Of a stretch of 54,533 nt of DNA, positions 24,231 through 38,236 are shown in pieces. A program made the translations under genes and the position numbers. Positions within the stretch are counted from its first letter, which is position 1. Each line of letters opens with the position of its first letter. Under the pieces are notes generated by a model, which worked only from the letters and a program-made list of their open reading frames with translations, was not told the DNA's origin and made no database searches. This DNA is from Octopus bimaculoides (taxonomy: Eukaryota). Where the stretch lies: NCBI RefSeq assembly GCF_001194135.2, contig NC_068986.1, forward strand, positions 44,918,132-44,972,664. The letters run 5' to 3'.

Positions 24231-24733
24231 ATGTATGAATTGTTCACATTGAGGTTTCGTTTCTGCTAAATTTATTCTTACAATTTTTTTTTTCTCACAT
24301 CAATTATCTCGCAATCCTACCAACTAGTTACGATTTATACAAAAATCTTTACACCCGCATCTCTGTTTAAATCTATCGATCATTCTATCTATTTAGCCAC
24401 ACACACACACACACACATATAAATTATATAATATATATGTATATATATAATATATATATATACATGTATAGCCACATTTCTATCCATTCATATGTAGTCA
24501 TTCCATCCATCCAATATACATCTGTCAATCGATCCATCTGCCCATCCTTCTGTTAGTCTATCATCTTTCGCCCTCCCTCTCATAAATAGGCATTTATCTA
24601 ATCCATATTTTCTACCCATTCATATATAGTCATTCCATTTAGCCATATACTTCTATCTATCTATCTATCATCTCTGGCCACCACTCTCACACACACACCA
24701 CGCGCACACTCATCCTATCTATCTATCTATCTA

Positions 24734-24777
<44 letters not shown>

Positions 24778-26543
24778 TACATACATACACACACACATGG
24801 CAGGCGCTGAATGTTTATACTGATTTTAAAAAAAATAATTTGAGCATCAAGTTTAAGGTGTATATAAACGTATGTATAAGCTGTATAAACCAGTTTCTTT
24901 CTCTTTCATTATGTTTATTTTCCTATCGTGTATTTTGTGCAATTTTTATAGTTGCTGCAGGCGCGATATCTGGTTAGGTAATTCATATTTTTTAACGAGA
25001 ATAAGTTTCACAAAATTTTTGATTATGTGTACATCATATTCAAAATACGTCGCAGAAGCTCAGGCGTTATCTTTATAATTGTCTCCCTAATGTTATACAA
25101 TTGAAGAGATTTAGCATGTTCATATTCCTGTGTACGTATTATTGCACTTGTTTGCATGTATGTTTGTGTCTGCTGCATATATGGTTATGCGTGTGTAAAT
25201 CTATTTGTGTTTGCTTGTGTGTGTGTCTGCATATGTAGTATGTAGTCATTGGGTAACTTGTTTGTCGTTCTTCCCTGCAGGTCGGATTCTACCAATATCT
25301 GCCCTTCCTCTAACCGACTAGTGACCGTGTGCCAATAAAAGAAATCATTATTAGCACTGCCGGGTTACAAAAAATTGTTACCGTTTGTACCACATTCCTT
25401 GTAATAACGTCAATTAATTTCTTCCAGGTCTGCAATTCTTTTGACTGTTTTTCCTTATTTATTATACTTCATAATCTCGTTTCCTAAGTTAAGTTAAAAA
25501 AAAAAAAACAGCAACAAAATATTCCAGCTGTAACTGTCTTTTCTGACAAAGTGTAACTAAGACAACATTATTCAGTGAATCGTCTTGCCTTTTTTAAGGC
25601 GATAAAATGTGATTATTAATTTTAACTATGTATCGTAAGTTAGTGACTTCGTCTTTTCCCTGGTACTTTCTCTAATCAGTTGTTTAACCTCAAGATACTT
25701 TTTATAGATTGGATATATATGATCAACGGCATTTCATCCGTGACCACCCATTGTTTTTTTCTATGCAGGGTTCTCAGGATCACATTCTGCAAATATGTTC
25801 TTTTTTAAGATGCAAGGTGTGATTTAAGGGCGATTTGGCTGCTATTTTAGCGGGTCGAGTGACCATGTAGATGCTTCCTCGTTGGTGTGTATGTGTGTAG
25901 CATAAATATTGTACAAACTGTATATAGTAATCATTCTTTCCTTCCATACCTTGTCCCCAACTCCTTTATTTTCAGTGCTGACCAGCTACATTGAAGGTTA
26001 GTCTGAAAAATATTCTAAATGTTAACCTGAACACGTATGCAAGAGGATAATAACAATGGCCTGATTAAAAACAATCCATACTCAACGCGTGTATATAAAA
26101 CATACATCATGCAGTTTGTATCTATATATATGTGTGTGTGTGCATTACGTAGCAAAGAGAGAGACAGCTGTGTCATAGATGACCTTAAAATCAGTATAAA
26201 CAAACAATATATATATTATGTGTGTGTGTGTGTGTGTGTGTTTGTAGTTAAATAGATATGTACATACATGTGTGTATGAGGAGAAGGGATGATAGCTAGA
26301 TGAGAGAGATAAACGCTGCATTGAAAATCTCTGGATAAACCAATTTCTCATTTTTCGATTACTACCAACCTCAAAACGGCCTATGAATTACTTCTAACAT
26401 AATGGCAATAGTGATTTGTTAAAAAAGCTGCTAATGGGACTCAGGTGTGTACCTTACAAAGATTATAAACAAATACTTTTTAATATTCCAATATCCCAGT
26501 TATTACACTTATTCTATCCAACACAATCTCCCCACTTTCTCTG

Positions 26544-26582
<39 letters not shown>

Positions 26583-28226
26583 ACAAAAAGTACTCAATAA
26601 TAGAGATACACACGTGTGTGTGATTCACGGTGCTCGTTGAAATATTCTGGGTGGTGCTTCAACATCTACCTTTGGATAATTTTTATCCTGTATTCCCTCT
26701 TGACTATTCCAGTTGTGAAAGCTTTAATTAATTATCTTTGCTTGAATATAAAAATGTACTTGATACTTAGATGACAAACAGCCTAACGACTTGTTCTCAG
26801 TTCGAACGATGACCGTTTCATCCGTCTGTGGTCAGTCATGTATTTGTGTGTCTAACCAATTGGGCCGTTGAAGTTCACTGTCTGGCATCGGTGACTTGAG
26901 ACAAACTATCATCTGTTTGGTTAGTAAGCCTGACAATCCTCTTTGGTTCAGCCATTGGGTTGCAATGAGATTCTGTTGTTTTATATCACTTTCACTTTAA
27001 TGAAAGTATTTTGAAAAGGGAATCGATATTTGTTAAATAATATTAGGTCAAAGAAGGTTTTATATCAACTCTTGGCTGGAAGGAATATATAGCAAGGGAC
27101 TGGTGTGGTTATTTCTCCTCCAGCTCCTTCATTGTATAGTATTCCATTGTTTCAGACAATAGGAATTATGGTTCTGATAGAATTTTTTCTAAAAATTTAC
27201 ATTTGTTATCTCATTCCTACCCCCAATTATTTCTTATTTCCTTTCCCCTTCTGTATCAGGTAGTGATAACTGTTCCAAAGTAATGTTCAACCCTTCCTTC
27301 AAACGTCTATGTCTATATATATGTTGAGAAAGTTCATCGTTTCCCAAAGCATAATGCTGGCTTTTTACATCTGAGTCTAGTGTCAAGGTGGTGATGGATA
27401 AGTCTTGTTTCTCTGGATAGGACCTTATACTATTTATGTATATTTATCAAAATGAAGCTGCCTTTATACCTATTCCAACAATTAGGTGAACTGGAGAAAA
27501 AATGGATATGGATAGTTGACATTTAACTTGAAGTCAGCTCTGATTAAACAGACCATCCATTCATTTGACTGTTTAAGTAGGCTGAGCAACCACATAGAAG
27601 TTCCTACATTAGGTTGATGTAAGGACAATCTCTATAACTCTAGGGTTTAGTGGTAGACTATATCAGTCATAGACAAATTGCCACCTGCAGTACTTTTGAA
27701 TGGTTTACCTTATTATACGAAGAAATTAATATTGCAAACTGCCTGATGAGCCATGTCTCTTGTGACCTGCTTCTAGAAAAAGGTTGCTCATACCTGGACA
27801 ATAATCAAATTCAAATTGAAAATATAACCTAAAATCATGCTTGTTGTTCCATGATACAAAATAGTGACTTATATTTGGAGCAGTAACCTTTGATGAAATA
27901 AAGCATTGAATGTCCTGTTCAGAGACAAAACAATATGTCTGTCAAGAAACTGAAAGGCTGTCATAATACTAGATTATGTGGCCTCTTTTCCATGTATCAT
28001 TGCACAGTGGCAGCTTAAATGATGCCCCAGAATCCCAGTAGGTTGTGTGATGTTTTATGGGATACTGTGGAATTGTACAGTGGAACTGCACATAGAACTA
28101 ACTATATTGCAGGGTGATTTACTGCCAGACAATGGTCTAGAATTTTGTTTGGAATATTTCAGGAAGCCTGTTTCACATAAAATGTGTGTGTATGTTTGCA
28201 TGCACAAATGTGCCCTGATCTTTATA

Positions 28227-29547
28227 CAAGATGTTTCAGAAAAATGATATTTTGTAATCAATAACTTGACCAATTCTCATTCAGATGATCTCATATTTTA
28301 ACAACATGTATAGAAACAACTCAAAATTCTGTTTTATGGTGGTGAGGTTCTGGTGTAGAGATGCTATTTAGTAGAAATGAAATGGTACTTTGCATATTAG
28401 AGTATGTTTGAACACAGTTGAATAACACTGTGCAGCATGCATTTGTGAAAGAATTCACTAAAAATGCACCAACTGCAATGCAGTTTTGTACATAGCACAA
28501 AAAGATCAAAGAGGAAGGCTGTCCATGAAGGTCAAAAGAGTCTGGATGACCACCTGTATTGGTTGAGTGGGTTTGGGTAACATCTTTGCAAAGCCCCAGG
28601 GATTCCATTAGAAGAGCAAGTCTGGAAGCCCAGATTCTTCCAACTACAGCTTGGTGTGTCACAAGAAAATGCTTGCAAATGACACCGTACAAGCTGCAGC
28701 TCGTTCAGTCCTTAAGACAGGTGACAAGCAAAAGCGTAAGCCATTCAGTGTCAATATCCAAGAGAAGTTTGAAGAACATTTTGTTTTCAGTGATGAAGCC
28801 ACATATATGAATGGCAGTCAACAAGCATAATGTTCACATTTGGGTGAAGAAAATTCCCATGCTACAGTTGAGCACATGAGGAACTCACCAAAAGTGAATG
28901 TGCCATCCCCAAGAATCAATTTCGTGGCCCATTTTTCTTTGAAGGAAATGTTACTGGTGATGTTTATCTGTAAATGCTTCAGGACTGGCTAACTGAGAAG
29001 CTCATTGCTAATGAACATGAACACTTCATTTTACAACAGGAGGGGGCTTTACCTTACTGGATGCTCACTGTGTGGGCTTATCACAATGAGAATCTGTCAG
29101 GGAGATGGATCGGGTGTGTAGATGATGAAGACTATGTGCAATTGAAATGGCTGGCATGGTCACCTGACCTGATACCTTGCAAATTTTTTCTCTGTGGCTA
29201 TGTGAAGGGACTGGTCTCTGTCCTCACTCTTCCTACAAGCTTAGAGGAACTCAAGTAGAGAATCACTGCCACACTGGAGACTGTTACCCAAGATGTACTG
29301 CAGCATGTTTGGCAGGAATTGAACTACCAAATTGACAGCCATGTCATAGACAGTGCACACATTGAAAACTTGCAAAATCTTGTGATATCATTTATGAAAT
29401 TCACATGCCTTTGAATTTCTCATTCAAATTTTGATGAGTAGATCCTATTTTGCCCAACATTAAATCTGTTTAGTTTCATTTGCCTAGACTATGTGGTTAC
29501 CCAAATATTTGCATTTCAAATAATATCAAAGTTTTTGAAACAGCCTG
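28227..29547 (+). mobile_element. Near full-length decayed Tc1/mariner element of rosa/DD41D type
   Basis: Imperfect TIRs (TA-caagatgtttcagaaaa and tttttgaaacagcctg); transposase motifs SPRDSIRRAS, PYKLQLVQ, FSDEA, GPFFFE, QQEGA, RWIG, WSPDLIPCKFFLCGYVKG, LEELK; stops and frameshifts. Confidence 0.88.
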
Positions 29548-30104
29548 CATATTCCACCTTTATTACTGCTTATGCTGGTGTTATGACTAGTCACACTATT
29601 TTTGAAAACTTTGGAATATGAGTATCCTTTACTTGTAAAATTAGTAGTAGTTGGTAACAGGAAAAGCATTGCCTCAATTAAATATCATTAATTTCTTTTG
29701 CAACCAAAAAGACCTTGTATTGACAGTCAACTTTGCAGGGAAAGTTACAATTCTGTTCTATTTAGTTCATTTTGCTGAGGATTTGTTGTTTTAGAACTTA
29801 TACTTTTCCTTTGTAGATTGTTGAAGTTTGACCAGTACCATTTCTAATTTAATTTTATTCTGCATATTTTGACTTTTTTTCTTTTTAAAATATCAAAAAA
29901 AAAAAAATCCCCAGTAAGTTGTAAATGTGTTTTCCCATTTCCCATGCTGTGAATTAAACCTAGAAAATGTTACACGAAAAAAATAGTTTTAAAATATTTT
30001 CTTTGGCTTATGAAACCAGAGAGAATATTTAAAATTTTGTGTTTGTTTTTTCTTCATGGAAAAATTCAACATGTAAATTACAATATGTATATATATATAT
30101 ATGA

Positions 30105-30450
30105 CTGGTTAAAAAACTTGCTTTGCAGTCACATGATTACAGGTTCAGTCTTACTATATGGTACCTTGGGCAAAAGTCTTCTACTATAGCCCTAGACAAA
30201 CCAATGCGTTGTAAGTGAATTTGGTAAACAAGTTATGGGGAAAACAGTGTACATGTATATATGTGTGTGTGTTTGCATATGTACCCACCTCCCCTGGTAT
30301 TGGTTTGTTTTTGTCCCTGTAACATAGCAGTTAGGCAAGAAAGACTGATGGAATAAGTACCAGACATAGAAAATAAACACTGGGATTGATTTGTTCAACT
30401 AAACCTTTCAGGGCAGTGCCCCTATTTGATCACAGTCCAATTGAAATCAG
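30105..30450 (+). mobile_element. Composite SINE family B/C, CpG-decayed
   Basis: Head ggtaccttgggcaaaagtcttctactatagcc; tail gtccctgtaacatagcagttagg. Confidence 0.7.
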
Positions 30451-30521
30451 TAAAACATTAAATATATACAAATATGTGTATGAATATATGTGTGTTTATG
30501 TATATATATATGTATGTGTAT

Positions 30522-30650
30522 CTTTTATCTTTTACTTGTTTTGGTCAGCCCAGGGCTATAGTTGAAGATACTTGCCCAAGGTATCACACAGTGGGACTAA
30601 ACCCAGAGTCATGTGGTTGAGAAACAAACTTCTTAACACAGCCACACCTG
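30522..30650 (-). mobile_element. Internally deleted family B/C SINE, inverted relative to 30105-30450
   Basis: The tail end tcttttacttgtt is fused directly to ttggtcagcccagggctatag from the head. Confidence 0.7.
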
Positions 30651-30672
30651 TGCATATATATATGTATATATA

Positions 30673-30727
<55 letters not shown>

Positions 30728-30918
30728 NNNNNNNNNNNNNNNNNNNNNNNNNNNNNNNNNNNNNNNNNNNNNNNNNNNNNNNNNNNNNNNNNNNNNNNNN
30801 NNNNNNNNNNNNNNNNNNNNNNNNNNNNNNNNNNNNNNNNNNNNNNNNNNNNNNNNNNNNNNNNNNNNNNNNNNNNNNNNNNNNNNNNNNNNNNNNNNNN
30901 NNNNNNNNNNNNNNNNNN
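30728..30918. other. Assembly gap within (TA)n
   Basis: Run of N. Confidence 1.
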
Positions 30919-30951
<33 letters not shown>

Positions 30952-31544
30952 GATATATATATGGGGAGAGAGAATTTTCTGAATTATAAACAACTCATTA
31001 AAAAAAAAATGCCTTGGAATCCATTTATGTTGTGCAATTGAAACTTATCAATGTTATGAAGTATTTCTGTTCCATTTTATATGTTGACTAACAAAAGTTA
31101 ATTTCACTTCAGTAAGTGTGTCAAGCTACTTGTTATGGAACTCTTAGTGCTCTAGATTTTTTCATCCCACCACCACTTGGTAAAGGATGGAAAAAAGTTT
31201 TTTTGAAAATTTTTTTTATCTTTCTTTCTTCAGTCATCAACAACCTATGGATTTCTAATGTTCAGAAAAGATGTTAATATTTGTGGCATGCTGGATTATT
31301 AGTCGGTAGATAAATGCTGAGATTTAGGCTAAATTCTGTGTATACAGCATTTCTCAAATTGACAAATACCAGCTCCTACTCTTTTCCCTCCACAAATATT
31401 AGTGAAATTTGCTGACCTTTCTCTTAATGAGATAACAGAATTGAGTTTGTAACCACATAATTCTTCTTTCTTTATCACAATGTTGAATAAGTTTAAAAGA
31501 TTTAATGAAAAAACCTCTTGTATTAAGCATGGTGCAGGTATGCC

Positions 31545-31885
31545 TGTATAATAAGAAATTTGCTTTCAAACCTCTTGGTCCTATGTTCAGTTCTAACTGC
31601 ATGTTACTTTGGGCAAAGCATTTTCTTCTATAGCTTTGAGTTAACCAATGCCTTGTAAGTGGATTTGGAAAGTAGAAACTGAAAGAAGCCTGTTGTGTGT
31701 GTGATCACTGCTTGACAACTAGTGTTTGTTTGTCCCTGTCACCTAGTGGTCTGACAAAAGAGACTGATAGAATAAATACCAGGCGTTAAAAAGATAAGAA
31801 CTGGGGTCAATTTGTTCAATTAAAAACCTTTGTGTTGCTCCAGTTTGATCACAGTCTAATTACTAAAACAAGTAAACGATAAAAG
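31545..31885 (+). mobile_element. Composite SINE family B/C, CpG-decayed
   Basis: ttactttgggcaaagcattttcttctatagc..gaaactgaaagaagcc..aaacaagtaaacgataaaaga. Confidence 0.7.
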
Positions 31886-32449
31886 ATGGCAATTTACCTA
31901 CTCCTTTTCAATCATCACATCCTCCCCTTCTTAAGAGAAACATTGCCATAGTCTTTGTATCACTGATGTGGGTCTTTTGTTCAAATATCCCTGAGGGACC
32001 ACTTTGTTTTTGTTCTTCTAAGGACAACAGAAGTAACATCCAATAATATGAGTACAAACATGGCTATATGATTAAGAAGTTTGCTTTGCAACTACATGGT
32101 TTCAGGTTCATTCCTATTGCACAATAACTTGTGTTAGTGCCTTCTACTGTAGCATTTTAAGAGAAATTCATTTGATGAAAACTGTTCCATTGAACAGCTC
32201 TTCCTTGGGTGTCTTATAGCAGAGTCTATTCAGTTGCATATTCAGACTAAGTCCCAGTTCTTAGTCCTTGCATTCTGCCTACTAATCTAGGAGGTCCTGA
32301 AAGGATCATAAATAGGCCTTATTCATCTAAGTGACAAAAAGAAAATACTGAATAGGGTGTACATATTTTTGTAACTTTTGAAAATTTATGTCATTCATGT
32401 CTTTGAAAATGTTTATTGTTTTGTGTTCCAAATTTGTATAATGTTTGCA

Positions 32450-32549
32450 NNNNNNNNNNNNNNNNNNNNNNNNNNNNNNNNNNNNNNNNNNNNNNNNNNN
32501 NNNNNNNNNNNNNNNNNNNNNNNNNNNNNNNNNNNNNNNNNNNNNNNNN
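32450..32549. other. 100-N gap, probably unsized
   Basis: Run of N. Confidence 1.
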
Positions 32550-32599
32550 ACTTTCATAACCTGATCTAACAGCTTGATGCCTCTGTAATTATTTGTGTT

Positions 32600-33123
32600 T
32601 CAAGCGTCACCTTTACCTTTGTAGCAGTTGACTATGATGCTGCACCAGTCATTGTGTATGACTCCATCGTGTATCACCTGGTTCGTAATACGGGTGACTA
32701 GGCTATAGCCAACACTGCCAGATATTTTGAGCATCTCTGCAGTGATTCCTGATGGGCCGGGGGCTTTCCCGGTCTTCATACTCTTAATTGCTTTATCTAC
32801 CCTGGTACTATCAACTCGGATAGCTGGTCCCTCTATTGGGTCGACATACGGCAGGCTCTCTTTCTCCCATTCATTCTCTTTATTAAGCAATCTATCGTAG
32901 TGGCATCTCCAGACCTCTTTCTTTGCATCCTCATTTAATGCAAGCGTACCATCATCCATGCGAACACATTTCTCTCCTACAACATCACTATTCTCTCTCC
33001 TACACTGTCTTGCAACACGAAATACCTCGAGTCTTTGGTCCTCACGGCGCAGAACATTGGCAAATCTTTCCTTATCTGCTTCCCCTCTGGCTAAATAAAC
33101 CTGTCGCCTAGCCTCCCTTCTGG
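32600..33123 (-). mobile_element. RTE-like LINE ORF2 fragment (linker and start of RT), relatively young
   Basis: Open frame ARREARRQVYLARGE..KKEVWRCHYDRLLN..MKTGKAPGPSGITAEMLK..DWCSIIVNCYKGKGD; CpGs retained. Confidence 0.92.
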
Positions 33124-33128
33124 CACAT

Positions 33129-33219
<91 letters not shown>

Positions 33220-34714
33220 TATCTTACTTTTAATGGTTGAATTTGAGGTAGACAAGTTATAAATAATAGCATGTAAATATTGGGTTATTGTTTATAGCTT
33301 TTCTACTTAGTGTTCAACTGTTGAAGATAAATTATTTCATGTTCTCTCCAAGTTTCTAAATTCTTATGATATCACATATATATATGCACAACAACCACAT
33401 GGTTATAAGTTCAGGTTTGGTCCCACTGCATAACACCTTGGGCAAGTATTTCCTTTTATAGTCTCCTGTTGAGTAGAATTTGCTTGACAGAAGCTCTGCA
33501 GGTGCCTGTCATGCATAATGTGTGTACATGTGTTTAAGGCTTCCTTCACTTTACAATTCAATAAAATAACTTGTTATATTCAATGCAATTGACTAAACTC
33601 TTGAAGGCAGTGCCCTAGCATGGCCATAGTCCACTGAATTAAACCTGTGAAAAAATAACAGAATTTTGTAGACCAATCAGCTGCAGTGAATTATCTTTTT
33701 TTGTTGTTTGGCTGGATCAGCATGAATGAATTTCTTTTTGTTGTGAAATTTTGTCTGATATTAGTTTAAATGGAAACTGGCTATCTTAAAGAATTTATTT
33801 CTAAGTAGATATATATATTAATTTTTTTTTATTGTCAAAAATTAGTTGTAGCATAAGTATTTAGTGCTGGATTAATTTATGAAAAGATTAATAAGGATTA
33901 AGCTTTTAAACCCATAGTATGTTCTGGGTCAGTTGGTTCTTATATTGAAGTTACACAGGGTTTGTTGTGTGCTCTCAAGAATGGGGTCATGATTAGCGTA
34001 GAGTTTTAATTGGACACTCATATCAAGTTGTAAAACAAATGATCGACCGTGTCTTGATGTTGATGTCTATACAGCATTTCTGTAGGTGTGTTCTGCCGTT
34101 GTTTTTTAGAAATCCTATTTCTATATGTAAACAAATCTTTGGCTTTCTTCTTATAAGTTAAAGAAGGGGGCATTACTTGTGACTTTTACTCGGATATATG
34201 ATGGGCTTATGCACAGTTTCCATGTGCATAAAGGAGTGTACTGGAGACCTTGGAGTACTCCAGGGTTAGTGAATGAGAGAGAAACACTGTTAACACACCT
34301 CAATGGAGTTTTTTGAAAGGAATCTCATTTCAAGTGATAGGAAAGAGGTTATTGTATCTCACAGTTGAAAAGTTTGCTTATATGCAACAGCATTGCTTTG
34401 ACTGAAATTCTTAAGGGTAAAGACTATTGGTAAATGTTACAAGTTGCAAATCATCAGTAGATCTGACTCTGTGGAAGCCAAATTGGTGGTTCGTGAGAAG
34501 GTAAAGAAGGAAGTGACTAACTGTTTTCACCACTTTTGACATCATTCAAGATATCTGCAATGGGTTGCATAATCTTGAATTTTGATGACTCAATAATTAT
34601 ATCTATATCTGTAAATATAATTGATTTAACATTGGTCATTTTATGAAATATTAATTTCAGAGCTTTAAATTAAATGTATAAATTTATTTTTTTCCTTTCA
34701 GTTATATGACTTTT

Positions 34715-34945
34715 ACACATAAACTTAATATTGGTTTCAAATTTGACACAAGTCCAGCAATTTTAGGGAACTGAGTAAGTCGATTACATTGACCCCAGTG
34801 TTCAACTTGTATTTATTCATTGACCCTGGAAAGATGAAAGACAGTGTCAATCCTGATGGCATTTGAACTCAGAATATAAATTCAGAGGAAATGCTACTAA
34901 GCATTTTGCCTGGCATTGTAATAACTCTGCCAGTTCAACACCTTG
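34715..34945 (-). mobile_element. Family A SINE
   Basis: atttgaactcagaat and aagcattttgcctggca match the family A reverse complement. Confidence 0.75.
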
Positions 34946-36435
34946 CAAAGATTTAATATTGGCAACAAAATTTGTATATTTTCACATGAACTAATATTGC
35001 TTGGTACTAACTCTTAAATTGCCAGATTCTGGGCTTGGTCTGGTTTATGGGCTGTGCATAAAATGCTGTTAGCAGCTGTGAATAATTGATCTTCAATCAA
35101 TTAATACATTTACTCATTATTGTGTAGTACTGCTTCATTATATAAAGAGTAAATTAAACGACCTGCAACACTAAATAGTAATTTTAAGATTTACAAAGAT
35201 AAAAAGAAAAAAAATCTGTTTGGATATAACATGTTTCCATCAGTTGGTTGCATATAAATCTTTCCTCAAGCTGTATGATCTAACTTAGCAAATTATGAGA
35301 CTTATTTGACTTTATTTGGATGATTATGTGCAGACATTTAAACTAGTAGGACCACAGAAACATTATTTCTGGTGAGCTGACTGGTTAACTGTTGAGGATA
35401 GTTCAGGCCATATATAAGAGCTTATGACAAAATTGAAGGAACTGATCTTAGAGCCTGAAGATATTGCACAATGGGGAAAATAGTCATGCTTAGTTTGCAG
35501 GAAGTGATTAAGCAGAGCACTTAAAATAGATATCAGTTACTAGATGACCAATCAGGTATTGGAGGCAAAAGAGTGTGTTGCATGCAGATATGTTCCTGTT
35601 ACTTAGGTAGCTATGTTAATTTTGAAAAGGAGACAATAACATAATGTCCAGAATATAAGGTGTAAGAATTTTTGGAATTTTTTTTTGCAGTGGGGGGTTT
35701 CTGTTTAAACAAAGAACAGATGAAACAATTGGTGTGTTAAGTGCGATGATGGCTACAATTAAGATGTAATTGATGGAGAAATCATAAAGAAGTTTTGTGA
35801 TGATGTGTAATGATAACTTGGAAACATCTTGAGAAACGGTCTTGGTATTAAAGCTATAATCAACAGATAACAGTGTTGATATGAACATATAATGCAAATA
35901 GAGGGTGTAAGTTGAATGAAAAATTGATTTGAATAGTATGAGATACATATCTTAACAGTCAATGATGACTTTGGTTGAAAATTCGATTTTAGACAGGGTT
36001 GTTTTTGTTCAGCTTCAAATCAGCTCTGATTTAAGGCATTCAAATCATGACTACATTAGCCAATTTGTTCTTAGTTTTTAAGATGGTGGAATGTTATTTC
36101 AGGGAAATTTGGTTGGTTTTTTTTTTTACCTGCAGGTTGAACAGTATTTCCTGAGACTTCTAATGTTGGCTTGTTATGATAAAGGTTCATAGATAAGTTG
36201 CTTTACTGAAAATCTGAACTAAAATATAAGATAGAGGATTATGGATGCAGTGGATTTCTTTCCACCAGTGCTACATTGTTAGGTATCTTAATCAAGGCAC
36301 AGTTTGCATTTTAGATACCTTTAATGGGATATTTATATAAAAATACATTATTTTAATTGCAAAGTTGTTCTTATTTTTAGTTAGTTGTTTCTATGAATGA
36401 ATATACAATAGTTCTTGTAATATTGTGGGTATCTT

Positions 36436-36655
36436 TAAGGCAGCAAGCTGGCAGGATTGGTAGCATGCCAGGCAAAATGCTTAGTGGCATTTTATCTGTC
36501 TTTACGTTTTGAGTTCAAATTCTGCCTAGGTCAACTTTGCCTTTCAACCTTCCAGGGTCATTAGAATAAGTACCATTTGAGCACTGGGGGTTGATGTACC
36601 CCCCCCCCCACCGCAAAAAAAAAATTTGCTGGCCTTGTGCCAAAATTTGAAACTA
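36436..36655 (+). mobile_element. Family A SINE
   Basis: aaggcagcaagctggcaggattggtagc..gagttcaaattctgcc..ggccttgtgccaaaatttgaaac. Confidence 0.85.
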
Positions 36656-38236
36656 TTTTAAGCATCTTGATCATAATTGTCCTTGTTTTCAACTAGCTCT
36701 TAATTCCTACATTGACTAGATGAATTATAAGATCAAGCATATGTTAAAACATCAAAAGTAGGTTCCTTGTTATGTCAATTGTTGGAGCTGATTGTGACCA
36801 CTCAATAAATATTAAGATGGTTGCTTTTGTAATTACTGCAACCTAACAATACAACTGGTCCCAGTGCAAGATCTTCCATTATCTTCAAACAGTATGCTGC
36901 AGAGCTAGCTGCTATTTTCATCAGTATTTCTTTCTCTATAGAGACCTGATACAAATAATCACCATCCTATTGCCTACATTGTCATCATTTAATGTCCGTT
37001 TTTAATGCTGGCATGGTTTGAACAGGCAACACTTCCAACATTTCTCAAATGTGATAGAAATATTGGTAAACAACCACCTACTTTATTATCTTGCTTTTTG
37101 CTCTCTTACATTACACATCAGTGGTCTCTTATTGTTAAGAACTTTAACAAAGACTTCTTAATTCAGTTATCACTTATGAATCTCATCCATCTCATCTCTT
37201 GGAATTTTCCTACACTTCTGGGGCATATTTAATTAATTCTGGTATAACCCAACTACCGTTTATACTTTCCACTCTTTATGTAATGACATCTTATAAAGGG
37301 CCTAATTGCTGTCATGTTAGGAGTTTGCTGACTCAAAGAGGTTACCCTTTTTGGATATACACTGTTGCATGCTGAAGAGAAAGAAGGATATTGGAATGTT
37401 TATTATTATGGCTATTCACACTGACTTAAGTACTTATTTCAAAATGAGGAGTTTGAAGAGTAGTATTGGAAGGAAAATGCCCATCAAATAGGGTGACTTT
37501 GTCTAGATGACTACCAAAAGAGTTGTGCCATGTTGTGTGGTAACAAATAGGAGGGAGGATACTGCAAACCTGGATGAGATATTTTTGGCAACAGGGTAGA
37601 GTGCATTGAAGATGGAGCTTGTTTGATATGTCACAGAAAGGGATGTCTTATCGAAAGCACACTCTTGCAAGAGTTGTGATTTGCATATAAATGTTTCTCT
37701 CTTGGATGTAATGAGTTTTATCTACAGTGAATTTGACCATTTCAGCAATGACACAATATTTGGTGAATTATTTGATGATTGTTATAGGATTACATTGTGT
37801 GTAACACACAAAGGAATACATTGTTGCTAATTTAGCTTAGATGAGTTGCTGTGGAAGTAAAGGCCATTCATGGGCAACTTATGGCCTGCCTGATGTTGAG
37901 TCATGTCTCAAGTGGCCCACTTCTCAGAAAAAGGATGTCCATGCCAGTTTTAGGCGAAGCTGAAAACACGTTATTTTGACGGGAAAAAACAATATTACTA
38001 CTCACATTTTATAGATGAGTGATTTGTGTAATCTAGACCTTTGAAGTATAAGAGTATTTGCACCAATACACACATACACATAAATTTATCGACATTTTCA
38101 GAATTATCCAGTGTCTCAGTATGGAATGATAGTTGAAATGATGTTCTATATTTCAGTGTTGATCCTGAGGATGTGAAATTGTATGTATAATGGTTCCTTT
38201 CAGTCAACAGGCAAACCGTTGGAAATATAAATTCTA

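Noticed and set aside
27230-27430. Stop-free minus frame of ~60 codons (YPEKQDLSITT..)
   Set aside because: No start codon or credible splice acceptor, and no recognisable homology
35616-35948. 110-aa minus ORF
   Set aside because: Low-complexity I/L/Y/F composition expected from AT-rich non-coding DNA
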